Below are positions 8,804-18,212 of a stretch of 64,000 nucleotides of DNA, piece after piece. Source of the DNA: Paracoccaceae bacterium (GTDB taxonomy: Bacteria; Pseudomonadota; Alphaproteobacteria; Rhodobacterales; Rhodobacteraceae). Numbering within the stretch: the stretch's first letter is position 1; the number at the start of each line of letters is the position of its first letter. The stretch is taken from NCBI GenBank assembly GCA_027489355.1, contig JAIXZY010000077.1, positions 40,339 to 104,338 of the forward strand, read 5' to 3'. The notes beneath the pieces were generated by a model. That model searched no databases, was not told where the DNA came from, and saw only the letters and a list, made by a program, of their open reading frames with translations. Both the position numbers and the translations under genes were made by a program.

Positions 8804-9784
8804 TTACAGCTGGTGAACGCGGGTTGCGCCCTTTTCCTTCGGCGCGAAGGTCAGGGTGTTGCGGAGGGGTTGGCCGAAGTCGGCCACCTCGATCTCGAAT
8901 GTGTCGCCGGCTTGGGTCTTGATGCCGTCGGCGAAGGAGAGCGTGGCGGTGCCGAAGTAGTGGACATGCAGGTCGCCGGGCTGGCGGAAGATGGAATACT
9001 TGAAGTGGTGGTGTTCCAGGTTCGCCAGCGTGTGGGACATGTTGGCCTCGCCACTCAGGAACGGTTTCTCCCAAACGGTCTTGCCGTCGCGGAGGATGCG
9101 GCTGGTTCCGCGCACGTCGGACGGAAGGTCTCCGACAAGGATTTCCGGGCCGAAGGAGGCGACGCGGAGTTTGGAATGGGCGAGCCAGAGGTAGTTCACC
9201 CGTTCCGTCACATGGTCGGAGAATTCGTTGCCCAAGGCCCAGCCGATGCGGTGCGGGGCGCCGGTGGGGCCGATGAGGTAGATCCCTGCGATTTCGGGTT
9301 CCTCGCCGCCATCCTCAGCAAAGCCGGGGGCTTCGAGGGCGGCACCGGGCGCGACGGCGGCGTAGCCGTTGCCCTTGTAGAACCATTCGGGCTGGGCCCC
9401 GACCTCGCCTTGGGCGGGGCGGCCGCCTTCCAGGCCCATGCGGAACATCTTCATGCTGTCCGTCAGGTTCTCCGCGCCTTCCAGCTTGGCATGCATCGCA
9501 TCTCGTGCCGAGGCCGAGCCAAGGTGAGTGAGGCCAGTGCCGGTGAGGTGCAGGTGCGCGGGGTCGGGGTGGCTGACGGGCAGGTCGAAGGCCGCCCGGG
9601 TCAGGTCGACGGTCTCGCCCAAGCCGCGGCGGTCGATCTCGGCGGCGAGACCGTGCCCGGCCTTGATCGCCTGCGATGCCAGTTCGTAGACCGAGGGTGT
9701 GTTGCGGATCGCGCGGGCCTCGGTGCCTTGGCGGAGGACGGGGCCGATGCCCTTGACGGTGGACAGGTGCATGGCGAGTCTCAC
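8804..9784 (-). CDS. gguC: GguC/AraD1-family FAH-superfamily protein
   Basis: LTGTGLTHLGSA, QPEWFYKGNG, GEEPEIAG, GNEFSDHVTERVNYLWLAHSKLR; directly after mmsB. Confidence 0.82.
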   Translation of the reverse strand: MRLAMHLSTVKGIGPVLRQGTEARAIRNTPSVYELASQAIKAGHGLAAEIDRRGLGETVDLTRAAFDLPVSHPDPAHLHLTGTGLTHLGSASARDAMHAKLEGAENLTDSMKMFRMGLEGGRPAQGEVGAQPEWFYKGNGYAAVAPGAALEAPGFAEDGGEEPEIAGIYLIGPTGAPHRIGWALGNEFSDHVTERVNYLWLAHSKLRVASFGPEILVGDLPSDVRGTSRILRDGKTVWEKPFLSGEANMSHTLANLEHHHFKYSIFRQPGDLHVHYFGTATLSFADGIKTQAGDTFEIEVADFGQPLRNTLTFAPKEKGATRVHQL

Positions 9785-10950
9785 TTGTTCTTGTTGTAGA
9801 CGTCGAAGATGACGGCGGCCAGAAGGACCAGGCCCTTGATCATCTGCTGGTAGTCGATGCCGATCCCCAGGATCGACATGCCCATGTTCATCACGCCCAT
9901 GATCAGCGCGCCGATGACGACGCCGATGATCTTGCCCGAGCCTCCGGCCATCGAGGCCCCGCCGATGAACACGGCGGCGATGGCGTCGAGTTCAAAACCG
10001 GTGCCGGCCTTGGGGGTGGCGGAGTTGAGGCGGGCGGTGACCATCATGCCGGCCAGCGCGGCAAGGACACCCATGTTGACGAAGCAGAAGAACACCAGCC
10101 GGTCGGCGCGGATGCCCGACAGGAGCGAGGCCTTGTAGTTGCCGCCGACGGCATAGATCCGGCGGCCCTGGACGGTGTTTTCGGTAAAGAAGGCGTAGAG
10201 GATGATCAGAACGGCGAGGACGACCAGCACGTTGGGCAGGCCCCGGAAGCTGGCAAGCTGCCAGCCGACAAAGGCCATGGCGGCGGCGATGATGATGGTG
10301 CGGCCCCAGAAAAGGCCGGTGGGTTCGGGGGTGATCCCGAACTCGGCGTCGCGGGAGCGGGCGCGGAGGCCAATCCAGATCACGACGGCAATGGCGATGG
10401 CGGTGACGATCAGGGTCAAGCCGTGCGGTTTGCCGATGCCGGTGAGGTCGGGGATGAAGCCCGAGGACATGGCCTGGAAGGCCTTGGGGAAGGGGCCGAT
10501 GTTCTGGCCACCGAGCAGCCAGAGGGTCGCGCCGCGGAAGACGAGCATCCCGGCGAGGGTCACGATGAAGGAGGGGATGCGCCAGTAGGCGACCCAGTAG
10601 CCCTGGGCGGCTCCGATCAGGCCGCCGACGATCAGGGTCAGGGGGATGACGGCGTAGATGGGGAGGTCGAGGTCGACGGTCAGGTAGGCGGCGACGGCCC
10701 CGGTGAAGGCCGCGACGGAGCCCACCGACAGGTCGATGTGCCCGGCGACGATGATCAGAAGCATCCCGAGCGCGAGGATGATGACGTGGCCGTTCTGCAG
10801 GAAGATGTTGGTGATGTTCGGGGCCTGCAGGAACATCGGTTTGCCCTGCAGGAACACCAACAGGGAAAACAGCGCCACGATGGCGACCAGCGCCAGGAGC
10901 ATGCCGTTTTCGCGGAGGTGTCCGCCCAAGGAACTTTGCTTGTCAGCCAT
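9781..10950 (-). CDS. mmsB: Multiple monosaccharide ABC transporter permease
   Basis: GHIDLSVGSV, IPSFIVTLAGMLVFRG, ARLNSATPKAGTGFELDAIAAVFIGG. Confidence 0.9.
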   Translation of the reverse strand: MADKQSSLGGHLRENGMLLALVAIVALFSLLVFLQGKPMFLQAPNITNIFLQNGHVIILALGMLLIIVAGHIDLSVGSVAAFTGAVAAYLTVDLDLPIYAVIPLTLIVGGLIGAAQGYWVAYWRIPSFIVTLAGMLVFRGATLWLLGGQNIGPFPKAFQAMSSGFIPDLTGIGKPHGLTLIVTAIAIAVVIWIGLRARSRDAEFGITPEPTGLFWGRTIIIAAAMAFVGWQLASFRGLPNVLVVLAVLIILYAFFTENTVQGRRIYAVGGNYKASLLSGIRADRLVFFCFVNMGVLAALAGMMVTARLNSATPKAGTGFELDAIAAVFIGGASMAGGSGKIIGVVIGALIMGVMNMGMSILGIGIDYQQMIKGLVLLAAVIFDVYNKNK

Positions 10951-12492
10951 TCACGCCACCTTCCCTGTGGTCTTGCCGTTGTCTTTCACGATGAGCGCCA
11001 TGATCCGTTCCTGGCTGGCTTCCGCGCGCGAAAGCTCACCCACGATCCGGCCTTCGTTCATCACGTAGATGCGGTCGCACATGCCGAGGAGTTCCGGCAT
11101 TTCGGACGAGATCATCAGGACGCCCCGGCCCTGTTCGGCGAGGTCTTTCATGATCGTGTAGATCTCGAACTTCGCGCCCACGTCGATGCCGCGGGTGGGT
11201 TCGTCGAGGATGAGCAATTCGGGATCAGTGAAAAGCCATTTCGACAGGACGACCTTCTGCTGGTTTCCGCCCGAAAGGTTCACCACCTTCTGCTGCACGC
11301 CGGGGGTGCGGATCGCAAGTTGCTTGCGGTAGCCCTCGGCCACCTGCGCCTCGCGCCGTTTGTCGAGGATGGAGTTCTTCGCGATGCCGAAGAGGTTCGC
11401 GAGGGAGATGTTCTTCAGAATCGGCTCTTCCAGGATCAAGCCCAGCGCCTTGCGGTCCTCGGTCACGTAGGAGATGCCGGCCTGGATGGCCTTGGTCACG
11501 GTGGAAACGTCGACGGGTTTCCCGTGCATCCTCACCGTGCCCTGGTGGCCCTTGCCGTAGCTGCGGCCAAAGAGCGACATGGCGAGTTCCGTGCGGCCGG
11601 TTCCCATCAGACCCGCGATGCCGACTATCTCGCCTTTGCGGACGTTGAGGGAGACGCCCTTGATCATCTGCCGACCCGCCTGTTCGGGGTGCATGCAGGA
11701 CCAGTTTTCCACCTCGAACAGGACTTCGCCCGGGTTGGGCGTGCGTTCGGGGTAGCGGTGGGCGATGTCGCGGCCGACCATGTCGCGGATGATGCGATCC
11801 TCGCTGATCTCGGACTTCGAAAGGGTCGAGACCGAGGTGCCGTCGCGGATCACGGTGATCCGGTCAGCGACGCGGGAGATTTCGTTCAGCTTGTGGCTGA
11901 TGATGATCTGGGTGACGCCTTGCGACTTGAGTTCAAGCATCAGGTCCAGCAGGCGGTCGGCGTCGGCTTCCTGCAGGGCGGCGGTGGGTTCGTCGAGGAT
12001 CAGGAGGCGGACATTCTTCGACAGGGCCTTCGCGATCTCGATCAATTGCTGCTTGCCGACGCCCAGCTTGCCGACGACGGCGCTGGGGGGTTCGTTCAAC
12101 CCGACGCGGCGGAGAAGATCACCCGTCTTCTGCATGGCAAGGGGCCAGGAGATGACGCCATTGGTCGCGACCTCGTTGCCCATGAACAGATTCTCGGCGA
12201 TCGACAGCAGCGGGATCAGCGCGAGTTCCTGGTGGATGATGATGATGCCCTTGGCTTCGGAATCGCGGATCGAGCGGTTCTGCAGGGGCTGGCCGTCGTA
12301 GATGATTTCGCCGTCATAGGACCCATGCGGGTAGACGCCGGACAAGACCTTCATCAGCGTGGACTTGCCCGCGCCGTTTTCGCCGCAGATGGCGTGGATT
12401 TCCCCGGCCTCGACCGTCAGGCTGACCCGGTCCAATGCCTTGACGCCCGGGAAGACCTTGGTGATCCCGCGCATTTCCAGAAGTGTCGACAT
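10951..12492 (-). CDS. mmsA: Multiple monosaccharide ABC transporter ATP-binding protein
   Basis: [56 protein letters not shown]. Confidence 0.9.
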   Translation of the reverse strand: MSTLLEMRGITKVFPGVKALDRVSLTVEAGEIHAICGENGAGKSTLMKVLSGVYPHGSYDGEIIYDGQPLQNRSIRDSEAKGIIIIHQELALIPLLSIAENLFMGNEVATNGVISWPLAMQKTGDLLRRVGLNEPPSAVVGKLGVGKQQLIEIAKALSKNVRLLILDEPTAALQEADADRLLDLMLELKSQGVTQIIISHKLNEISRVADRITVIRDGTSVSTLSKSEISEDRIIRDMVGRDIAHRYPERTPNPGEVLFEVENWSCMHPEQAGRQMIKGVSLNVRKGEIVGIAGLMGTGRTELAMSLFGRSYGKGHQGTVRMHGKPVDVSTVTKAIQAGISYVTEDRKALGLILEEPILKNISLANLFGIAKNSILDKRREAQVAEGYRKQLAIRTPGVQQKVVNLSGGNQQKVVLSKWLFTDPELLILDEPTRGIDVGAKFEIYTIMKDLAEQGRGVLMISSEMPELLGMCDRIYVMNEGRIVGELSRAEASQERIMALIVKDNGKTTGKVA

Positions 12493-12510
12493 GTCCCCTC
12501 CCCAAAGAGA

Positions 12511-12541
12511 ACCTGCCCGCGCGGGAGCGGCGCGGGCAGGT
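12511..12541. terminator. 12-bp stem-loop between chvE and mmsA
   Basis: ACCTGCCCGCGC-GGGAGCG-GCGCGGGCAGGT. Confidence 0.6.
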
Positions 12542-12554
12542 CCTTCGGATCAGC

Positions 12555-13625
12555 TTACTTCAGCTGGTCCGCGGTGTAGTAGCCCGAACCGACGAGGATC
12601 TCTTCGTAGTTCGAGACGTTCACCGAGACGGGTTCCAGAAGGTAGGACGGAACCACCTTGACGCCGTTGTTGTAGGTTTCGGTGTCGTTGATTTCCGGCT
12701 CGCCGCCCGCAAGGACCGCGTCCACCATCTTGACGGTGACCTTGGCCAGTTCGCGGGTGTCCTTGAAGATGGTCGAGTACTGCTCGCCCGCGATCATCGA
12801 CTTGACCGAGGGGATCTCGGCGTCCTGGCCGGTGACGATCGGCATCTTCAGGTCGCCCGAGCCATAGCCCACGCCCTTCAGCGACGACAGGATGCCGATG
12901 GACAGCCCGTCATAGGGGGACAGCGCGCCGTGCAGCTGCTTGTCGCCGTAGTTCGAGGACAGGAGGTTGTCCATCCGGGCCTGCGCCACGGCGCCGTCCC
13001 AACGAAGGGTGCCGACCACGTCCATGCCCGTCTGGCCCGACGGGATGACGATGTCGCCCGCGTCGATCAGCGGCTGCAGCACCGACATCGCGCCGTCGTA
13101 GAAGAAGAAGGCGTTGTTGTCGTCGGGCGAGCCGCCGAAAAGCTCGACGTTCCACGGCTTCACGTCGGGGAAGCGTTCCTTCAGGCCCGCGACAAGGCTT
13201 TCGGCCTGCTGCACGCCGACCTTGAAGTTGTCGAAGGTGGCGTAATAGTCGACCGAGCCGCTTTCGCGGATCAGGCGGTCATAGGCGATGACCTTGATGC
13301 CCTGGGCAGCGGCGTTGTCCAGCGCGTTCGACAGGGTGGTGCCGTCGATGGCCGCGATCACCAGCGCCTTGACGCCCGAGGTGATCATGTTCTCGATCTG
13401 GCTGAGCTGGGTCGGGATGTCATCCTCGGCATATTGCAGGTCAGCGGCATAGCCGGCCTCCTGGAACGCCTTGACCATCGACTCGCCGTCCGAGATCCAG
13501 CGCGACGAGGATTTGGTCGGCATCGCGATGCCGATGGTGCCCTTGTCCTGGGCGAACAGCGGCATGGCAGAGAGCGCAGCGGTGGCGCCGGTCAGGGCCA
13601 TCAGGCCGCGGCGGGTCAAGATCAT
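12555..13625 (-). CDS. chvE: Multiple monosaccharide-binding periplasmic protein
   Basis: [58 protein letters not shown]. Confidence 0.92.
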   Translation of the reverse strand: MILTRRGLMALTGATAALSAMPLFAQDKGTIGIAMPTKSSSRWISDGESMVKAFQEAGYAADLQYAEDDIPTQLSQIENMITSGVKALVIAAIDGTTLSNALDNAAAQGIKVIAYDRLIRESGSVDYYATFDNFKVGVQQAESLVAGLKERFPDVKPWNVELFGGSPDDNNAFFFYDGAMSVLQPLIDAGDIVIPSGQTGMDVVGTLRWDGAVAQARMDNLLSSNYGDKQLHGALSPYDGLSIGILSSLKGVGYGSGDLKMPIVTGQDAEIPSVKSMIAGEQYSTIFKDTRELAKVTVKMVDAVLAGGEPEINDTETYNNGVKVVPSYLLEPVSVNVSNYEEILVGSGYYTADQLK

Positions 13626-13766
13626 CTTGTTTCCTCCCGATGATTCTTAGTGTGCATCCGCTTTGGGCGCGCGCTTGCGGGCCATGCCTACGGACGCGGC
13701 GGAGATTGCGCGGGGGAGACATGTCTGTCAAATAGGGTTTATGCGGTTGAATATGGCCGAAATGAT

Positions 13767-14693
13767 ATGAGTATGGTTGAAGCGGGGCTGGTGGCCCAGG
13801 TGCGGCGACTGAAGCCGGTGCAGTTGCGGCTGTTGGCGGAGCTGGATCACGCGGGCGCGCTGGGGGTGGCAGCGGCTCGGATCGGGGTGGCGCAGCCGGC
13901 GGCCTCGCGGTTGCTCGCCGAGATGGAGGCGCTGCTGGGACTGCCGCTGCACGAGCGGCACGGTCGGGGATTGCAGCTGACCGCCGTGGGCCGGGCCCTG
14001 GCGCGGCGGGCGGCGCGGATCGAGATCGAGCTGGCGGATGCGGCGCGGGAATTGGCCGAGGCGGCGACGGGTCGCGCGGGCGTGGTGCGCGTGGGGGCGG
14101 TCACGGGGCCGGCGCTAAGTCTTGTGTTGCCCTCGCTGACCGCCTTGCAGCGCGAGTTGCCGGAGTTCCGGGCGGAGGTGACGGTCGGGACCTCAGTCAC
14201 GCTGTGCGACCAGTTGCGTGAGGGGCGGCTGGACTTTGCTCTGGCGCGGTTAAGTCCGGGGGAGACCCAGCTGGAGGCGCGGATGATCGCGGGGGAGCCG
14301 TTGTCACTGGTGGTGCGACGCGGGCATCCGCTGCTGGTGCGGCCGATTGTGTCGGTGGATGACCTTCTGGCCTATGACTGGGTGATGGGCGACGACGAGA
14401 CCCTTTTGACGCAGACGGTGGTGGCTCGGCTGGCGGAACTGGGGATGGGGTTGCCGAGGCGGAGGATCTCGACGTCTTCGTTCCTGTTCACGCTGGCGCT
14501 GCTGAACCAGACCGACGCCATCGCCCCCCTGGCGACCCCAGTGGTGGACAGTTTTGCGGGCAATCCCTCGGTGCCCTTCGTATCGCTGCCGATCGACCTT
14601 GGTCTGGCGGTCGCGCCGTTCAGCCTGGTCACGCGGGCCGGGGCGCAGATGACGCCCTCGGCCCAGAGGTTGATCGACGCGATGCTGGCTTAG
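13767..14693 (+). CDS. LysR-family regulator divergent from chvE, GbpR-like
   Basis: LysR HTH (AAARIGVAQPAASRLL, LHERHGRGLQLT); divergent chvE arrangement as known for gbpR; start chosen at MSMVEAG. Confidence 0.82.
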   Translation: MSMVEAGLVAQVRRLKPVQLRLLAELDHAGALGVAAARIGVAQPAASRLLAEMEALLGLPLHERHGRGLQLTAVGRALARRAARIEIELADAARELAEAATGRAGVVRVGAVTGPALSLVLPSLTALQRELPEFRAEVTVGTSVTLCDQLREGRLDFALARLSPGETQLEARMIAGEPLSLVVRRGHPLLVRPIVSVDDLLAYDWVMGDDETLLTQTVVARLAELGMGLPRRRISTSSFLFTLALLNQTDAIAPLATPVVDSFAGNPSVPFVSLPIDLGLAVAPFSLVTRAGAQMTPSAQRLIDAMLA

Positions 14694-15487
14694 GCGTTGC
14701 GCTCCAGCCAGTCGGCGAATTGGCTGACCACGCCGGGGTCGCAATCGACCAGGTGCTGCGGGGCGGGGTAGTCGCCTTCGTGGACGTCCTTGGCAAAGCG
14801 CGACATCGCGTCGACGCGGAGCGCCTGAAGCCGGTCATACTCGATCGCGAAGTCGGCATAGACCTTGGCATGGCGGGGGACCTTGCCGCGGTTCTGGCCG
14901 AGAACGTCGTCGGAGAACAGGTACTGCGCGTGACCGCCTGCGCCGGCTCCCATCGAGATCAGGAAGAGGTTGGTCTTTTCGGCGATCAGGCGAGTGATCG
15001 AATGCGGGACGACTTCGATTTCGACCGCAAAGGCCCCGGCGTCCTCCAGCGCCTTGCACTGGTTCCAGACAAGCTGCGCGGTCTCCAGCGTCTTGCCCAC
15101 GGCCTTGAACCCGCCGGTCCAGGTGCGTTTCGAGGGGATCAGGCCGACATGGCCGCAGACGGGGAGGCCGTGGTCGGCCATTGCCTTCACGGTGGCGAGC
15201 GAGCCGGAGCAGTAGAAAGCATCCGCGCCGTGTTTGAACAGCGGGAAGGCCCAGCGCAGGAAATCCTCCGTGCCGCCAATTTCATAGAAGTTGTCGCCGG
15301 GGAAGACGAAGGCATCCGGTGCGATCTCGCGGAAGCGGCGGTCCATCACCATTGCGGGCGGGACCGAGAGAAGCTCGACCCCGGCTTGCGCGGCGGCCTC
15401 GGCTTCCTCCAGCGTTTCCACCCGCAGCATGGCGAACTGGTGCTTGCCGCGGGCGTCGAGCAGGTCCTTTACGGTGGGGGGTGCCAT
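14690..15487 (-). CDS. Divergent PanB (ketopantoate hydroxymethyltransferase)-like protein
   Basis: PVCGHVGLIP, GGFKAVGK, LEDAGAFAVEIEVVP, ISMGAGAG, DVLG, HAKVY resemble PanB; the N-terminal VGDS motif is absent; start overlaps the upstream stop. Confidence 0.78.
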   Translation of the reverse strand: MAPPTVKDLLDARGKHQFAMLRVETLEEAEAAAQAGVELLSVPPAMVMDRRFREIAPDAFVFPGDNFYEIGGTEDFLRWAFPLFKHGADAFYCSGSLATVKAMADHGLPVCGHVGLIPSKRTWTGGFKAVGKTLETAQLVWNQCKALEDAGAFAVEIEVVPHSITRLIAEKTNLFLISMGAGAGGHAQYLFSDDVLGQNRGKVPRHAKVYADFAIEYDRLQALRVDAMSRFAKDVHEGDYPAPQHLVDCDPGVVSQFADWLERNA

Positions 15488-15798
15488 CACGCGACCTCGA
15501 CGAAGACCCGGTCGCCTTCGACCTTCACGGGGAAGGTCTTCAGGTTCACGCAGACCGGGGCGCGCATCGCCTCGCCCGTCCTGTAATCGAACTGGCCGTT
15601 GTGCTTGGGACATTCGATCAGGTTGCCCATCACGAGACCGTCGCAGAGGTGGATGTTTTCATGCGTGCAAAGACCGGCGGTGGCGAAGAATTCACCGTCC
15701 GGCGAATGGTAGATGGCAAAGGTCTTGCCGGCGTGATCCCAGCGGATCAGGTCTTCTTCGTCGATGTCAGAGGTCGAGCAGGCGTCAATCCAGGGCAT
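15487..15798 (-). CDS. mocE: MocE-family Rieske 2Fe-2S ferredoxin
   Basis: CTHENIHL and CPKHNGQFD Rieske motifs; 103 aa. Confidence 0.85.
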   Translation of the reverse strand: MPWIDACSTSDIDEEDLIRWDHAGKTFAIYHSPDGEFFATAGLCTHENIHLCDGLVMGNLIECPKHNGQFDYRTGEAMRAPVCVNLKTFPVKVEGDRVFVEVA

Positions 15799-15807
15799 GG
15801 TCGGTCC

Positions 15808-16899
15808 TTATTCTGCGGCGGCTGGGGGCATCATGCCCGGCACGTAGTGGTGGAAGTCCTCGCGGTAGGGCTTTGCGGTGGGCGGCAGGTCGCGCTTGAT
15901 GAAGTAGTCCTCGTTCATCACCTGGCGCTTGATGGCAGGCCACATCTCGGCGAACGCCTGCGCGATGGAGGTGTTCGGCGGAGGGAGGTCGTCCTTGATG
16001 ACCTCATGCAGCCGGGGCAGGGCATGGTAGGGAACCATCGGGAACATGTGGTGTTCGACGTGGTAGTTCATATTCCAATAGATGAAGCGGCTGATCGGGT
16101 TCATATAGACCGTGCGGCTGTTCAGCCGGTGGTCGATGACGTTGTCCGCCAGGCCGCCGTGCTGAAGCAGGCCGGTCATCACATGGTGCCAGGCGCCGTA
16201 CATCCGGGGCAGGCCGACCACCATCAGCGGCAGGATCGACCCCATCCAGACCGCAAGGGCGATGGTCGCCAGGTAGATCGACAGGTGTACGATGGCCACC
16301 TTCTGAACCTTGCCCCATTCGCTTTCAGGGACGAAAGTCTTCTCGGCAGCCGTCGGGCCGAAGAGGGCGTTCTGGACCAGGTTCGGGAAGAACTTGATGA
16401 CGTCGAGGATGCCGAAGAAGTTCAGGATCAGCTTCGCCACTTCCGGCGGGCGCATCACCGCGATTTCCGGGTCGCGGCCGACGAAGTAGGTCTCGGAGTG
16501 GTGGCGCGCATGGCTCCAGCGCCAGGTGGCCGAATTACGCATGATCATGAAGCTGGCGATCTGGTAGACCCAGTTGTTCATCCACGGCGTCTTGAAGGCG
16601 GTGCCGTGGCTGCATTCATGCCAGCGCGAATCCGAGGCCGAGCCGTAAAGGACTCCGTATGCCAGCCAGAACGGAGCTGACCACCACGACGGCCAGAGCG
16701 CGATGCCGATACCCGCGAACAGGACCATGCTGCCGTACAGGATGATGGTGTCGCGGATCGCGGGCTGGTCGCTGCGCGCCATCAGGTCCTTCATCACCTT
16801 GCGGGGGACCTCGGTATGGTACCACTCCGCCGCAGTCAGTCCGCTTTCGACGGCACGCTTGGCGTCTGGGCCGAAAAGACTGTAGTCCCGCTTGCTCAT
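15808..16899 (-). CDS. mocD: MocD-like membrane di-iron (fatty-acid-desaturase-fold) oxygenase
   Basis: Three His boxes WHECSHG, WSHARHH, YHVEHH; N-terminal RDYSL...AEWYH; GAGGAG RBS before MSKRDY. Confidence 0.82.
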   Translation of the reverse strand: MSKRDYSLFGPDAKRAVESGLTAAEWYHTEVPRKVMKDLMARSDQPAIRDTIILYGSMVLFAGIGIALWPSWWSAPFWLAYGVLYGSASDSRWHECSHGTAFKTPWMNNWVYQIASFMIMRNSATWRWSHARHHSETYFVGRDPEIAVMRPPEVAKLILNFFGILDVIKFFPNLVQNALFGPTAAEKTFVPESEWGKVQKVAIVHLSIYLATIALAVWMGSILPLMVVGLPRMYGAWHHVMTGLLQHGGLADNVIDHRLNSRTVYMNPISRFIYWNMNYHVEHHMFPMVPYHALPRLHEVIKDDLPPPNTSIAQAFAEMWPAIKRQVMNEDYFIKRDLPPTAKPYREDFHHYVPGMMPPAAAE

Positions 16900-16996
16900 C
16901 CCGTGACCTCCTCTGTGGCGTTCCCCGGCCGGGATCGCGTCCTTGGGTCGTGGATAAGTCGGGGTCAGGCCGATCGCCAATAGCCGGGCTTGCAGG

Positions 16997-17047
16997 TTTC
17001 GTCATGGTCCATCATCATCCGGCAATTCCATGATGGGATTTCGTCAG
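16997..17047. promoter_or_regulatory. Candidate operator repeats in the mocD/lacI divergent promoter
   Basis: TTTCGTCA at 16997 and 17039; inverted CCATCAT (17009) / ATGATGG (17030). Confidence 0.45.
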
Positions 17048-17051
17048 ACCG

Positions 17052-18083
17052 ATGGCAAATCGCCCCACGATCCACGACGTCGCCCGCGAAGCCGGGGTGT
17101 CCAGCGCCACGGTGGACCGGGTTCTGAACGGGCGCGAGAAGGTGCGCGAGGAAACGGCGCGCAAGGTTTATGAGGCCGCGCGGCTGATCGGCTACCATGC
17201 GGCACCGCTGATCGGGCAGCGGGTCCACGCCGATCTGCCCCGCCTCCGGCTGGGGCTGGTTCTGCACAAGGAACGCCAGTCCTTCTACCAACAGTTCAAA
17301 GCCGAGGCGGAACGGGCGGTCACACAGGCGGTCGGGGTGCGGGCCTCGTTGCAGGTGGCTTTCGCGTCGTCGCAATCTCCGAAGGATTTCACCGAGCTCA
17401 TGGAAGGCATGGCAGGCCGGGTCGATGCGATCGCTGCCACCGCCGTCACCCATCCCGAGGTGACGGAGGCGGTGATCCGGCTAAACAGCAAGGGCATTCC
17501 CTGCTTTTCCCTGCTCAATGACTTCGGGCAGGGGGTGCGGCAGAATTACCTGGGTCTCAATAACTTGAAGGTCGGGCGGATCGCGGCGCACATGATCGCG
17601 ACGGCCTCGCATCATGCGGGGAAGATCGCGGTCTTTGTCGGCGGCTACCGCTGGCACGGGCACGAACTGCGCGAGACGGGGGTGCGCAGCTACTTCCGCG
17701 AACACGCGCCGCAGTTCCAGGTGCTTGACACGCTGATCAACCTGGAGACCCGGCAGCTGACCTATGAGGCGACGCTGGACCTTCTGTCCCGTCACCCGGA
17801 CCTGCGCGGGATTTATTGCGCGGGCGGTGGGATGGAGGGGGCCATCGCGGCGGTGCGCGAGGCGCGGGCTCCGGGCGAAGTTGCGCTGGTAGTGAACGAG
17901 CTGACGCCAGAAAGCCGGGCGGCGCTGATCGGGCGGCACGTGACGATGGTGATCGGGACGCCGCTTCAGCGGCTTTGCGACGATCTGGTCAGGCTGGCGA
18001 CCGAGGCGGTGACCGATGGCATGGCCCCGGTCCAGGGCCAGCACTTCCTGGCGCCGGACCTCTACCTGCCCGAGAGCGTCTGA
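17052..18083 (+). CDS. LacI-family transcriptional regulator (atypical hinge)
   Basis: PTIHDVAREAGVSSATVDRVLN HTH followed by a periplasmic-binding-like domain. Confidence 0.9.
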   Translation: MANRPTIHDVAREAGVSSATVDRVLNGREKVREETARKVYEAARLIGYHAAPLIGQRVHADLPRLRLGLVLHKERQSFYQQFKAEAERAVTQAVGVRASLQVAFASSQSPKDFTELMEGMAGRVDAIAATAVTHPEVTEAVIRLNSKGIPCFSLLNDFGQGVRQNYLGLNNLKVGRIAAHMIATASHHAGKIAVFVGGYRWHGHELRETGVRSYFREHAPQFQVLDTLINLETRQLTYEATLDLLSRHPDLRGIYCAGGGMEGAIAAVREARAPGEVALVVNELTPESRAALIGRHVTMVIGTPLQRLCDDLVRLATEAVTDGMAPVQGQHFLAPDLYLPESV

Positions 18084-18132
18084 CGAAAAACAATCACCAT
18101 TCTGACCGTCAATTCGTCAGGAATGATGGGAT
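18081..18132. promoter_or_regulatory. Candidate operator repeats upstream of the TIM-barrel gene
   Basis: TGACGAA (18081) / TTCGTCA (18113) inverted pair; TGATGGGAT at 18124, also found at 17031. Confidence 0.45.
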
Positions 18133-18212
18133 CGCCCCGCGGCGGATTGACGCGACGGGAGAGTCTCGGGGATGGTCCGGCCAACCAAATTGCCGCGGTT
18201 GGGAGGCCGGGA

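Noticed and set aside
13626-13766. LysR (GbpR) binding box upstream of chvE
   Set aside because: Only weak T-N11-A matches, not distinguishable from chance
15487-16899. Calling this a symbiotic rhizopine catabolism locus
   Set aside because: mocA, mocB, mocC, mocR and mocF were not found; the regulator is LacI-type and the context is plain inositol uptake
15808-16899. Ordinary lipid fatty-acid desaturase
   Set aside because: The His boxes fit the fold, but coupling to a MocE ferredoxin in a sugar locus argues against lipid metabolism; not excluded experimentally
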